From an uncultured Bacilli bacterium (lineage in GTDB: Bacteria > Bacillota_I > Bacilli_A > RFN20 > CAG-826): DNA of 64,000 nucleotides. Of this stretch, positions 41,619 to 51,668 are shown piece after piece. Made by a program: the position numbers and the translations under genes. The stretch covers positions 65,675-129,674 of the forward strand of contig CAKPBC010000004.1 in NCBI GenBank assembly GCA_934140155.1, read 5' to 3'. The notes beneath the pieces are model-generated. The model was not told where the DNA came from and searched no databases. It saw nothing but the letters and a program-made list of their open reading frames with translations. Position 1 is the first letter of the stretch; every line of letters begins with the position of its first letter.

Positions 41619-42368
41619 ATGGATACTGTATTTAAAGTAACAAACTTAAACTTATTTTATGCGGAAAAGCACGCCCTAAAAGATATTAATATTGATATTT
41701 ATAAAAACACTATTACCGCATTTATTGGTCCATCAGGATGTGGAAAATCAACATTATTAAGATGCTTTGATAGAATGAATGATTTAATTGATAATTGTAA
41801 AATTACTGGTGATATTTTATATAACAATACTAATATCAAAAATATTAATCCTATTGAATTAAGAACAAGTGTTGGAATGGTATTTCAAAATCCTAATCCA
41901 TTCCCAATGTCCATATTTGATAACATTGCTTATGGTCCAAAATGTCAAGGTATTAAAAATAAAGCAACACTAAATAAAATAGTTGTTGATGCTTTAAAAA
42001 AGGCTGCTTTATATGAAGAAGTAAAAAATCGTTTAAAAGATTCTGCGCTTAGTTTAAGCGGTGGACAACAACAAAGATTATGTATTGCTCGCGCAATTGC
42101 GATGAATCCAGATGTAATTTTAATGGATGAACCAACATCAGCGCTTGATCCAATTGCGACATTAAAAATTGAAGAATTAATTGAAACATTAAAGAAAGAC
42201 TATACTATCATCATTGTTACTCATAATATGCAACAAGCAACAAGAATTAGTGATTATACTGCTTTCTTTATGTTAGGGGAAATCGTTGAATACGAACAAA
42301 CAGAAAAATTATTTAGAAACCCGAAAAATAAGAAAACAGAAGATTATATTACAGGAAGGTTTGGTTAA
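41619..42368 (+). CDS. pstB: phosphate ABC transporter ATP-binding protein PstB
   Basis: Walker [10 protein letters not shown], signature [14 protein letters not shown] and Walker [12 protein letters not shown]; 249 aa. Confidence 0.9.
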   Translation: MDTVFKVTNLNLFYAEKHALKDINIDIYKNTITAFIGPSGCGKSTLLRCFDRMNDLIDNCKITGDILYNNTNIKNINPIELRTSVGMVFQNPNPFPMSIFDNIAYGPKCQGIKNKATLNKIVVDALKKAALYEEVKNRLKDSALSLSGGQQQRLCIARAIAMNPDVILMDEPTSALDPIATLKIEELIETLKKDYTIIIVTHNMQQATRISDYTAFFMLGEIVEYEQTEKLFRNPKNKKTEDYITGRFG

Positions 42369-42369
42369 T

Positions 42370-43011
42370 ATGAAAATACAAAATGAAATTGAAAATTTAA
42401 ATGAAATGCTAATTAAAATGGCCGATGTTGTTGAGCGTAATCTTTTATTAGCTTTTGCTCTTTTTCATAATTATGATGAAGAAATTGCGCTTCAAATTGG
42501 TGATGATAAAGTCAATGACTATGAAAGAAAAATTGAAGAATATTCCATGAATTTAATGTTAAAAGAGCGTTTCTTTGCTAAAGATATGCGTAGTGTTCTT
42601 GGTATTTTGACATTAGTGGGTGACTTAGAAAGACTTGGTGATCACGCTGAAGATATCAATATTTTTTCTAAAAAATTAAAAAACGAAAAGAAATATAAAA
42701 TTGATGATATTAATAAAATGATTGATTTAGCAATGAAGATGGTTCATGACTCAATTGAATCATTTATTAAAAAAGATATATCCCTTGCACAACAAGTAAT
42801 TATTAGCGATGATTTAATTGATAATTTATACGATAAATTATTAGATATCATTATAAAATTAAAAGATGATAATCAAGTATCATCTAGTTTTGCAATTTAT
42901 ACCACTCTTGTTGTAAAATATATTGAAAGAATTGCCGATCACGCTTCTAACATTGCTGAATGGGTGATTTACATTCTTAATGGTTATTACAAAGATAAAC
43001 AAATTTTTTAG
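42370..43011 (+). CDS. phoU: phosphate transport system regulator PhoU
   Basis: Two PhoU repeats (DLERLGDHAEDI and IERIADHASNIAEWVIY). The start is ATG at 42370, immediately after the pstB stop. Confidence 0.8.
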   Translation: MKIQNEIENLNEMLIKMADVVERNLLLAFALFHNYDEEIALQIGDDKVNDYERKIEEYSMNLMLKERFFAKDMRSVLGILTLVGDLERLGDHAEDINIFSKKLKNEKKYKIDDINKMIDLAMKMVHDSIESFIKKDISLAQQVIISDDLIDNLYDKLLDIIIKLKDDNQVSSSFAIYTTLVVKYIERIADHASNIAEWVIYILNGYYKDKQIF

Positions 43012-43022
43012 AGGTTAAAGTT

Positions 43023-43697
43023 ATGAGTTTTATTATTTATTCCATTGAAGACGACTTAGATATTTCTAAAATCATCAATAAAACATTAACAAAACAAGGT
43101 TATGAAGTTTATTCTTTTTATGACGCTAAATCATTTTTTGAAGCATTTAAGCAAAAAAAGCCAGACTTAATGCTAGTGGACTTAATGCTTCCAGATTTAA
43201 GTGGAAATGAAATAATTAAAAAAGTTCGTGAAGATCACAATAATGATAATATTGAGATTATTATTCTTTCCGCTAAAAGAATGCTAATTGATAAAGTTGA
43301 AGGTCTTGATATTGGCGCAGATGATTATTTAGAAAAGCCTTTTGATTTGCTTGAACTTATGTCTAGAGTTAACGCGCGTTTAAGAAGACATAAAAATGAA
43401 GATGTAATAAGCGCTAGTGAATTATCTATTGATATAAAAAAGCATCAAGCATATTTTAAAGGTAAAGAATTAGAACTTACAAACAAAGAATATGATATAT
43501 TGCTTTATTTATTAACTAAAAGTAGTCAAGTAGTGTCTAGGGACGACTTACTCACACATATTTGGGGACCAAGTAGTTATGATTATGAGTCTAGAACTAT
43601 AGATATGCATATTAAAAGCATAAGAAAAAAAATTAATGACATCGATGGTAGTATTATTAAAACTATTTATGGTGTTGGGTATAAAATTGACTTATGA
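43023..43697 (+). CDS. phoP: OmpR-family response regulator (PhoP/PhoB-like)
   Basis: Receiver domain (LMLVDLMLPDLSG) plus C-terminal winged helix (YDILLYLLTKSSQVVSRDDL...GVGYKI). Pho-regulator identity is assigned only by its position after pstSCAB-phoU. Confidence 0.75.
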   Translation: MSFIIYSIEDDLDISKIINKTLTKQGYEVYSFYDAKSFFEAFKQKKPDLMLVDLMLPDLSGNEIIKKVREDHNNDNIEIIILSAKRMLIDKVEGLDIGADDYLEKPFDLLELMSRVNARLRRHKNEDVISASELSIDIKKHQAYFKGKELELTNKEYDILLYLLTKSSQVVSRDDLLTHIWGPSSYDYESRTIDMHIKSIRKKINDIDGSIIKTIYGVGYKIDL

Positions 43698-45346
43698 AAA
43701 AGAAATTAATTATTAGTAATATTCTCATTGTATTTTTTGCTTTATTTACTTTACTTATCTCTTCTTTTGCTATTGTAAGTAATTCAAACTATAAAAAGAC
43801 AGCCTCAGAACTTAAAGAATATCTAAATATAACTTGTAATATTTATGATGGGAGTAATCAGAATGATTTATTAAAGTATTTTGAAGGAATTAATAATATC
43901 CGTATTACAATTATTGATAAAACTGGAAATGTGTTATTTGATAATGAAAGTTCCACTGAAGAAAATCATTTAACCCGTGAAGAAATTGTGCATTTAGGAA
44001 AAATATCTTGCCGTTATTCTTCCACTTTACATAAAAATATGTATTATATCGCTAGTGAAGATTCAAATAATTATGTGCGTATTGCTATTCCAGAAAGTGA
44101 CGCAAATATCATAATTAGGCAATTATTAATTTATGGAAGTATTGCTCTTATCTTTGTTTTAATTTTATCCATTATAATTTCTAATCACATTATTAAAAAA
44201 TCATTACTTCCATTAAAAAATGAAATAAATAAATTATCTTTAATTGCGGGGCAAGATATAAATTATGTTGATGCAGATATCAATGTTTTATCTAATCAAG
44301 TTGATGAAATTCAAACAATTATTAATAAGAATATTCAAGAAATTCAAAACGAAAAAAATAAAACATTAGCAATTATTGATGATTTGAATCAAGGATTTAT
44401 TTTATTAGATGATAATCTTAATGTTATTTTAATTAATAAAACCGCTAAAAAAGTATTAAATTATAATGATGAATTAAATTATTTATACTTTATTCGTTCC
44501 TTAGATTTACAAAAAGCAATTGAAGATGTTAAGAACTTAAAAGTTGCTAAAAACATTGAAATATCCGAAAATGGCTCCACCTATGTTTATCAAATTAGTA
44601 TATTAAATTATCAAGAATTAGATGCAAATAAATATGGAATTTTAATCTTCTTTTATGATATTAGTAAAGAGCATCAACTCCAAGTAGCAAAGCAAGACTT
44701 CTTCGCTAATGCTTCTCATGAATTGAAAAGTCCTTTAACTTCTATCATCGGTTATCAACAAATGATAACTGAAGGTATCATAGATAATAAAGATGAAATC
44801 ATTGATGCTTGTAAAAGAACAATGAATGAAGCTAAAAGAATGAATGAAATGGTTATCGATATGCTAAATTTATCTTCTTTAGAAAGTGAAAAAGTTTCTA
44901 ATAATGAAACTAATGATTTAGCGGACATAACTAAAAAAATAATTGAGTCTTATAAAATAAAATCCGATTCTAAAAATATTGTTATAGTTAGTTCTTTAGA
45001 ATCATTAATTACGAAAGTTCCGGAAAAAGATTTAATTCATCTTATTTCTAATTTACTTGATAACGCTATTAAATATTCAAATAACAATTCTGAAATTAAT
45101 ATTAAAATTGCTGATAATTTATTTGTTATTAAAGATCAAGGAATTGGTATTAGTAAAGAAAATCAAACACGAGTATTTGAAAGATTTTATCAAGTCGATA
45201 AAACTCGCACCACCAATCAAGGTAGCGGTTTAGGATTATCGATTGTTAAACATATTTGTTTAAAATATGATATCAAATTAAATCTCGAATCCAAATTAAA
45301 TAAGGGAACCACTATTACCTTAGAGTTCCCTAAATTAAAAAATTAA
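43694..45346 (+). CDS. phoR: sensor histidine kinase (PhoR-like)
   Basis: Two N-terminal TM helices, H-box FANASHELKSPLTSIIGY, and N/G-box LLDNAIKYS...GSGLGLSIV. Confidence 0.75.
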   Translation: MKKKLIISNILIVFFALFTLLISSFAIVSNSNYKKTASELKEYLNITCNIYDGSNQNDLLKYFEGINNIRITIIDKTGNVLFDNESSTEENHLTREEIVHLGKISCRYSSTLHKNMYYIASEDSNNYVRIAIPESDANIIIRQLLIYGSIALIFVLILSIIISNHIIKKSLLPLKNEINKLSLIAGQDINYVDADINVLSNQVDEIQTIINKNIQEIQNEKNKTLAIIDDLNQGFILLDDNLNVILINKTAKKVLNYNDELNYLYFIRSLDLQKAIEDVKNLKVAKNIEISENGSTYVYQISILNYQELDANKYGILIFFYDISKEHQLQVAKQDFFANASHELKSPLTSIIGYQQMITEGIIDNKDEIIDACKRTMNEAKRMNEMVIDMLNLSSLESEKVSNNETNDLADITKKIIESYKIKSDSKNIVIVSSLESLITKVPEKDLIHLISNLLDNAIKYSNNNSEINIKIADNLFVIKDQGIGISKENQTRVFERFYQVDKTRTTNQGSGLGLSIVKHICLKYDIKLNLESKLNKGTTITLEFPKLKN

Positions 45347-46455
45347 TAATGTAATTTAATATTTCTTTTTTCTAATAAAGTCTGAACATCACTAATGTTT
45401 AGGCTTTTATTTTTATTATATAAGCTTGCTAATAAACCACTAACTTCACCAGTAAGTGCACAAACAGGTATTACTCTTGTTGCTTCCCAAGCTTCATCAT
45501 CAAAACAAGATACAATTCTTCCAGCAGCAAATAAATTTGGTACACTACTATTTTTTAAAATTCCTATTGGTAACTCATACCATTCTCCCGGTTTATCAAA
45601 TACACCAATAATGCCTATAGAATCTTCGTGTCTTTTATATAAATCATCTTTAGATAATTGATAATCACCAACTATGGTAGATATTTTTCTAAATTGAATC
45701 ATAGATGGCAAAATAGAAACATCCGCTAACTTACTACTTTCATATTCTTTTAAACAAAGTTTTTGTCCAAGTAATAAATATTCATTAACATCTTTTTGAT
45801 TGGCATTAGAAAAAATACGTGCATTTTCTGGTTGATTATTACCAGATAAAGAAGCACCACTATATTGGAAGACTGGCTTTTTTAATCCGTTTTTATATGT
45901 AGATGTGGCATATGTTAAATAATTTTCGCCGTTTCTTGTTTTTAACTTAGCCTTTTTAAATATATAAGCACTACCTGTTGCATCAATAAACGTTTTAGCA
46001 CGTAAATTAATTTTCCCTTCAATAGTATAAATATCTATCGAAGTCAATGAATTATTTTTCATATGTACTTCACTAATTTGACTTTCAAAATAAATAGTTA
46101 CATGTAATTCATCTAATAGTCTAGTAAGCGATAAAGCAAACAAATTAGGATCAAACCAAGAAGCATATCTTTTATTATGTTTATCACTATTTTTATATAA
46201 CCAGCTATCTTCTAAAGTATTATAACCATGTGAAATTGCTAATCGTAAAAGTTCTTCAGCGTTAGAATAAATCATTTGATTGCCTAAACCATCACATAAA
46301 GGTTCATACCAATGAATTAATCCAATTGTGGCTAATCCACCAAGCAAAGCACTTCTTTCAATTAAACATACTTTTTGATTCATTCTTGCTGCAGATATTG
46401 CGGCACTTACGCCTGCAATACCTCCACCACAAACTATAACATCATATTGTTCCAT
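45343..46455 (-). CDS. FAD-dependent oxidoreductase
   Basis: N-terminal dinucleotide-binding DVIVCGGGIAGVSAAISAA. Confidence 0.6.
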   Translation of the reverse strand: MEQYDVIVCGGGIAGVSAAISAARMNQKVCLIERSALLGGLATIGLIHWYEPLCDGLGNQMIYSNAEELLRLAISHGYNTLEDSWLYKNSDKHNKRYASWFDPNLFALSLTRLLDELHVTIYFESQISEVHMKNNSLTSIDIYTIEGKINLRAKTFIDATGSAYIFKKAKLKTRNGENYLTYATSTYKNGLKKPVFQYSGASLSGNNQPENARIFSNANQKDVNEYLLLGQKLCLKEYESSKLADVSILPSMIQFRKISTIVGDYQLSKDDLYKRHEDSIGIIGVFDKPGEWYELPIGILKNSSVPNLFAAGRIVSCFDDEAWEATRVIPVCALTGEVSGLLASLYNKNKSLNISDVQTLLEKRNIKLHY

Positions 46456-46603
46456 TTACATTCCACCTTTAAAAGATATCAAGTTCATTATAAACTTGAG
46501 GAATAGTAAAAAACATTAGATATTAAATAATTTTGTATCAAAAATGAATAAAATTTTCATAGTTATTATTTTATTAATCATTAATTTTAATATTTTTTTT
46601 TTT

Positions 46604-47128
46604 TTAAATTCTTGTTACGGGCATATATGCTAATAAAGCACATAACATTAATACCATTGTAATAAATAAACTAACCGGGTAAGAAATCAAAATGGAAGTA
46701 AAAGAATTATATCTTGGAAATATAAAAGCAATCCAAGAAATACGTACTCCACATACTCCAATTGCAGTTAAAATTGCCGGTACAAGTGACTTACAAAATC
46801 CTCTTAAGTAACCCGCAGTTACTTCGTAAGTCATACTAAACAAATATGCTGAGAATACAATTAATAATCTTTGATAACCAATATCAATTATCTCTTTATT
46901 GTTATTAAATATTGAAAGTAACGGACGACCAATTAATAAAATAAGTAATATTGCAGACACTGTAGCAATTAAGTCTTCTAGTAAGCAAATTCCATATATT
47001 TTCTTACATCTTTTATAATTTTTAGCGCCATTATTTTGACTTGTAAATGTGGTACAAGCTTGACTAAAAGAATTAAATAGATAATAAGCAAATACTTCAA
47101 TATTATAAGCCACACTAGAGCCCGCCAT
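46604..47128 (-). pseudogene. MATE-family efflux transporter fragment (C-terminal half only)
   Basis: 174 aa corresponding to TM7-12 of a MATE protein (TFTSQNNGAKNYKR repeat motif). No N-terminal half is present, and the upstream 170 bp are non-coding. Confidence 0.55.
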
Positions 47129-47223
47129 AACATCCGCGCCTAATGAGTTAATTGCAGTTTGAAATTTTGTTGACTTTGAAATCTTTCTTCATAAATCTAG
47201 TTTATAAAAAACACTATAAATAT

Positions 47224-47268
47224 ATAACCCCTTCATCTAAATGTATCAAGGGGTTATCAGGGGTTATA
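47224..47268. repeat. 10-bp perfect inverted repeat ATAACCCCTT / AAGGGGTTAT (14-nt spacer) plus adjacent partial third copy CAGGGGTTATA
   Basis: Read directly from the sequence at the truncation boundary of the MATE fragment. Confidence 0.5.
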
Positions 47269-47298
47269 GCGCATGAAATTATAGCAATATAATAACAT

Positions 47299-48006
47299 CT
47301 ATATATTAGCTTTATATATTGTTTTTATTCGTGCTTTTTCAATATCATTCATATCTATATGTTTTATTTTATCAATAAATCCATTTACGATTATTTCTAA
47401 TTCTTGATTAGATACGATTTTAGAATTAAAGTCATTTATATAAAAATACCTATATTTTTCAATTCCAAATTTTTCAATTAAATAAGAAGTAAATGCTCCC
47501 GCAACAGGATAAGACAATGAGCAATCAATTTTATTAAATTCTTGATTGTTTAATAACTTTATTATGTTAGGAAAAATGCCTTCGTCAATGAAATACTTGC
47601 ACCATAAACTATTATCTATTTCCCACCAACACTTATCAAAATGCATTGCTAATCCTTCACATAAAAAATCTAAATCAGACATTCCAAATGTTTCTGATAT
47701 TAAATGTGCATCTTCATGTGGACCAATACACTTTATTTCATCATTATAAACAGCATAAATACTTTTATTTGAAAAACACGCTAATCCATTTACAGGATAA
47801 GGATATTGAGTTAGTTTTGTCACTTCTTCAGGTGTGTTAACTAAATAATAATTAATTATCATTTCATATTTTACATTTAAAGTTTTAGTAATAGCTTCAT
47901 AGGCTTCTTCTTGTGTTTTTGCAATAATTTCAATGTCATTTTCAGCTATTTTATTATTAACGCAATGAAAGATGTAATGCTTTGTTTTATAATCCATCAT
48001 TTTCAC
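47299..48006 (-). CDS. hypothetical protein with HExxH motif (possible metallopeptidase-like)
   Basis: 235 aa with an IGPHEDAHLISETFG motif; no other family-specific motif recognised. Confidence 0.35.
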   Translation of the reverse strand: MKMMDYKTKHYIFHCVNNKIAENDIEIIAKTQEEAYEAITKTLNVKYEMIINYYLVNTPEEVTKLTQYPYPVNGLACFSNKSIYAVYNDEIKCIGPHEDAHLISETFGMSDLDFLCEGLAMHFDKCWWEIDNSLWCKYFIDEGIFPNIIKLLNNQEFNKIDCSLSYPVAGAFTSYLIEKFGIEKYRYFYINDFNSKIVSNQELEIIVNGFIDKIKHIDMNDIEKARIKTIYKANI

Positions 48007-48236
48007 CCACCTTCATTCATCACAAATTCAACACCAGTAGCAATCTGGCAGAACTTACCAAGAATGAGTTTATATCTGCTCCATGAATAAAAATTAGTAA
48101 CATGACTTTCAAATTCAGAATAGGCAATATAGGTAAAATCACCAACAATGATATTTGGATTCTTGATTGTTGGTTTACAATATATTTCTTTTTCGTACCC
48201 TTGAATTGGATATTTGCTATTTGAATTTGGTTTCAT
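48003..48236 (-). pseudogene. N-terminal fragment of a xenobiotic (Vat/CatB-type hexapeptide-repeat) acetyltransferase
   Basis: MKPNSNSKYPIQG...NIIVGDFTYIAYSE...LILGKFCQIATGVEFVMNEGG matches the conserved N-terminus of Vat/CatB acetyltransferases. It stops after 77 aa and the remaining ~130 aa are absent. Confidence 0.55.
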
Positions 48237-48274
48237 ATGTTCATCTCAAATAAATTTGTTCTTTTATTTAATCT

Positions 48275-48952
48275 TCAATCTTTTTTATAACTGTGATAAT
48301 TGTATTGGTATTTGTCTACTTCGTAATTCTTAATTGTTTTGTATTTAGCTGAATCTATAGTTTTATATGAAATAGCATCTTTTAAAAAATTAGTTATATG
48401 TTCATATTCACCTATACTAGCAAGCACCAATGCATTTCTAAAATACTTTGCATGTTCTTTAATAAAATCTTGATTAAGTTTTAAATTCATATTTCTTATA
48501 AATAGAAACATTAAAGTGGAAACCGATCTAGTATTGCCTTCTCTAAATGGTTGAATTCGCCAAAGCGAAGAAAAGAATCTAACTATATTATCAACTATTT
48601 CAGTTTTACTTAGTTCTTCCCATTGGGTATTTAAGAATTTCTTATTTAGATTTGTTATGCTTCTTTTAATCTTATTGTAATCTTCATATTGTATAGATAA
48701 ACCTGCTAATACAGGTTCTTCTTTATATATGTTGATTTTTCTTATTTCTCCAGCCCAATCATAAACATTTTCAAATAACACCTTATGAATTTCATAAATA
48801 TCATTTAAATCATTAAATTTAAAACTGCGATTTATATTAATTATTGCTAATGATGTCATTGCATTTTCAAATTGATCTAAATCCTCATTGTTTCTAATGT
48901 CTCTTTTATTTTTTAGAACATTTTTTCCTTCATAAACGTAAATATCTTTCAT
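48275..48952 (-). CDS. Fic/Doc-fold protein with degenerate active-site motif (QPFREGNTRS)
   Basis: Fic-core features EIHKVLFENVYDWAGEIRKINI and ...WRIQPFREGNTRSVSTLMF. The catalytic His of HPFx(D/E)GNGR is replaced by Gln and the GNG by GNT. The likely start is ATG at 48950-48952 with an AGGTG RBS. Confidence 0.6.
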   Translation of the reverse strand: MKDIYVYEGKNVLKNKRDIRNNEDLDQFENAMTSLAIININRSFKFNDLNDIYEIHKVLFENVYDWAGEIRKINIYKEEPVLAGLSIQYEDYNKIKRSITNLNKKFLNTQWEELSKTEIVDNIVRFFSSLWRIQPFREGNTRSVSTLMFLFIRNMNLKLNQDFIKEHAKYFRNALVLASIGEYEHITNFLKDAISYKTIDSAKYKTIKNYEVDKYQYNYHSYKKD

Positions 48953-48961
48953 ATATAGCAC

Positions 48962-49288
48962 CTAAAAACATCTATTAATTGCAAAGCAAGCCGTTTCATA
49001 ATCAATATCACCATTTGCGTATAAATGAATAATACGTTTAAGTTTAGGTGATATTTCTTTACCACCTGCCGCATTGATTGCAAACGCTAATTCCTCTTCT
49101 CTTTTTATGACATCGTCAGATTTCAATTCAATTTCAAAAGGAATCTTTCTTTTTATAATTACTTGTTTAAGAAACATAGATACTGCATAGGACATATTTA
49201 ACCCCATTTCTTCTAATATTTCTTCAGCTTCGGTTTTAATGCTTGGCGATAATCTAACATGTAGTGTTTCTGTTTTAATATTGTTCAT
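48962..49288 (-). CDS. RelB/DinJ-family (ribbon-helix-helix) antitoxin-like protein with ~55-aa C-terminal extension
   Basis: TETLHVRLSPSIKTEAEEILEEMGLNMSYAVSMFLKQVIIKRKIPFEI matches the DinJ/RelB RHH pattern. RBS GAGGA precedes ATG at 49286-49288, and its stop directly abuts the Fic-like gene. Confidence 0.65.
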   Translation of the reverse strand: MNNIKTETLHVRLSPSIKTEAEEILEEMGLNMSYAVSMFLKQVIIKRKIPFEIELKSDDVIKREEELAFAINAAGGKEISPKLKRIIHLYANGDIDYETACFAINRCF

Positions 49289-49510
49289 ATATAATATCCT
49301 CAATATTATTGTATCACTTTTGGTACACATTTACAACATTTAATGTAATCATGTCAGAATAAACTCATAAAAAAATAATAAAGCCATAAGGAAATGTGAA
49401 TAGCATAAAATTATGGTTTTTATTATATACAAAAATGTAGTAAAATTTAGATGTAAAAATAATTTTTAATTAATATATATAAATATATACTAATTAAATT
49501 AATATTTTGG

Positions 49511-50115
49511 ATGTATATTATGCCTAGAAAAAACACCTTTATTTCTGAATTAAAAACTATTATTTCTTCATCTGATTATTCTTATGATGATATTCTTGAA
49601 GAAGTTATTCCTATTTTCGTTTCTTTCTTTGAGAATTTAACTGATCTTAGACATGAATCATATATTCTCCATAAATTAGATGATATTATTGGTGTTGTTT
49701 TCTTTGGTATTATTGCTGGTTGTAATACTTGGACTGAAATAGAAGATTTTGGTGTAAATCATTTAAATGATTTAAAAAAGTATTTAGAACTTAAAAATGG
49801 TTGTCCATCACATGATACCTTTAGAAGAGTATTTAATTTAATTTAATTAAGCCTTCGGAATTTGGTGAAATAATGATTATAGTATTAGAGCCTATTATTT
49901 CTAAAGCCGTTAATAATCATATAGGAAATGCTTTTATTGATGAAAATAAAATGATTACTGACATATTATCAATGGATGGTAAAGTAACATTATCTTCATC
50001 AAGGAATAGCATTGTCTCATTAAGATATTTTTCCTTGTCATTGGAATTAATATGTTTTATTAATTCCTTTAAAACACCGATTTTTCCTTTTGTAATTTCT
50101 TCATTTCTTCCATAG
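49511..50115 (+). mobile_element. ISAs1-family transposase remnant (frameshifted/truncated)
   Basis: ORF 49511-49846 encodes the DDE_Tnp_1-associated N-terminal domain (LTDLRHESYILHKLDDIIGVVFFGIIAGCNTWTEIEDFGVNHLNDLKKYLELKNGCPSHDTFRRVF). The next frame (49873-50115) has the IDGK(T/V)L...S motif. No intact DDE domain or terminal repeats were identified. Confidence 0.7.
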
Positions 50116-50378
50116 ACGGTATGACTCATAAAGTTTTCAATATGATTAATGATTTGATTTTGTTTAAAACATGCTTTAGTACATTGACGCAACCGCTATT
50201 GCAGCATGGGTAAAGTAATTCGTGTCATTCATTATCCGTTAATGGAGTACTAGTATTTACTTCATCAATATGTTTTATAACTTGCTCATCAGTTTGACTT
50301 TCATTTCTTTTGCCAATATAAATTTGTGGTTTTCTTAGTTCATCCTTATTTATGCCTATACCTTTTTCTAGAAGGATT

Positions 50379-50963
50379 CTATTTCAAAACTTTCCAATAA
50401 CCATTTTTATTTGCACCAATTCTAGAAATAAATCCAGATTCTTTCAATTGTTTAAGATTCTTTTTTACACCTGGTTCTGATAATGCAGTTATAATCATTA
50501 GTTGATTAATAGTAATAATAGGATTATCTCTCATAGTTGAAATAATATTTTGTTGTGTTTTGTTTAATTTTTTGGATACTTTATTAGATACCTTAAATTC
50601 ATTAACGTCTAACTTTTCAAAAGGTATAGTAACAATTATTTTGTTTTTTTCAATTTGAATAGCATCTTTGCCATGCTTACTAACAATTTTAGGAACTCCT
50701 CTATCGGATCTTTCACTTATTGTAATTATCAATAATTTGTGTAGTTTTTTATCGGTTGAAAATGTACATGGTTGATTGTCAATATCAAACTCATAACATT
50801 CGGAATATAATTCAGAACGCCTTAAATTAAGTACAGAAGGTATTTTATCATCATCGATGATGTCTATCCCAGTTAAAGGTTCACCAGTTTCAACATCACT
50901 AGTCCAAATAGGACCTTGTAAATAATCAAACATTAATTTTACTTTTTCTTTTTGATTCATCAT
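50379..50963 (-). CDS. putative DNA-binding protein with C-terminal RecG-C/Fic-type winged helix (possibly truncated regulator)
   Basis: C-terminal ...LKQLKESGFISRIGANKNGYWKVLK. The downstream 165 bp contain an out-of-frame remnant (RILLEKGIG...TPLTDNE) homologous to the neighbouring wHTH gene. Confidence 0.4.
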   Translation of the reverse strand: MMNQKEKVKLMFDYLQGPIWTSDVETGEPLTGIDIIDDDKIPSVLNLRRSELYSECYEFDIDNQPCTFSTDKKLHKLLIITISERSDRGVPKIVSKHGKDAIQIEKNKIIVTIPFEKLDVNEFKVSNKVSKKLNKTQQNIISTMRDNPIITINQLMIITALSEPGVKKNLKQLKESGFISRIGANKNGYWKVLK

Positions 50964-51102
50964 TTTTTATACCTAGTTTTCAATTTAATAGCTTAGGATA
51001 TGAAATTTTAGGTATTAGATTAAACTTCATTTTTTTTCATAAAAGAAGCTACTCAAAAAAATTGAATAGCTAACCTCGTTCATTATGATTCTCGTCATAT
51101 AA

Positions 51103-51387
51103 TTATTTAATAATTTTCCAGTATCCCTTTTTGTTTGTACCTATTCTTTCGATGAATCCTTTCTCAACGAGAGATACAAATACTCTTGATATTGTTCTTC
51201 TAGATATTCCAAGTTCAACAACTAAAGTATCATATGGAATACTAGGATTATTAATTAATTCGAGCAAAATTCTTTTCTCATTATCAGTTAATTCATCCGA
51301 AAGATTTTTGCCATCATTTTTGCCATCATTTTTGCCACTTGGTATTGTATTATTATATTTTTGCCAAATTATCAATATTTTTGCCAT
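51103..51387 (-). CDS. small winged-helix DNA-binding protein (paralog of the C-terminus of 50379-50963)
   Basis: ...LTDNEKRILLELINNPSIPYDTLVVELGISRRTISRVFVSLVEKGFIERIGTNKKGYWKIIK. It contains the 12-bp tandem repeat TTTTTGCCATCA x2.8 (GKNDGKNDGKN). Start chosen at MAKIL, but the start is uncertain. Confidence 0.4.
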   Translation of the reverse strand: MAKILIIWQKYNNTIPSGKNDGKNDGKNLSDELTDNEKRILLELINNPSIPYDTLVVELGISRRTISRVFVSLVEKGFIERIGTNKKGYWKIIK

Positions 51388-51668
51388 TATCAAATATAAT
51401 TGTTGTCTAAAAAATTGTTGTTTAAAAAGTGTTAAGCGGCAAAATTCAAATCGTGTTAAATCGTGTAAATTTTTAGCACCCTTTAGCTTAAATCGTGTAA
51501 AAGCAAAATAAAAAGCTGTCAATAGAGCCTCTAAATAAAGCCTACTAACAGCCTGTCAAACTAATAAAATTCAATTTTTAAAGTAAAATATCGCATTTTA
51601 AACGTAAATTCTGCTATTTATGCAATAAAAAAGCCTGATAGCATTGAATCAGACCTATTCTACTATTA

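Noticed and set aside
42286-42369. ORF-track start of phoU at 42286, overlapping pstB by 83 nt
   Set aside because: The conserved PhoU N-terminus begins at MKIQNEIENL (ATG at 42370), immediately after the pstB stop. The upstream portion is the pstB 3' end in another frame.
46586-46606. 12-13-nt poly-T run directly at the stop of the MATE fragment
   Set aside because: Homopolymer A/T runs are common in this AT-rich genome. It is noted within the islet finding but not called as a separate element.
49917-50192. 91-aa minus-strand ORF overlapping the ISAs1 transposase remnant
   Set aside because: It is antisense to frames that carry recognisable ISAs1 motifs (DDE_Tnp_1-associated domain and IDGK region). 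No motif was recognised and it lacks an RBS, so it is most likely a chance ORF in AT-rich DNA.
51388-51522. N-terminal 45 codons of ORF 51103-51522 (MTAFYFAFTRFKLKG...)
   Set aside because: The sequence is not protein-like (Phe/Arg/Gln-rich read-through of an AT-rich spacer), and the recognisable wHTH protein starts at the internal Met. Even that start lacks a clear RBS, so confidence is kept low.
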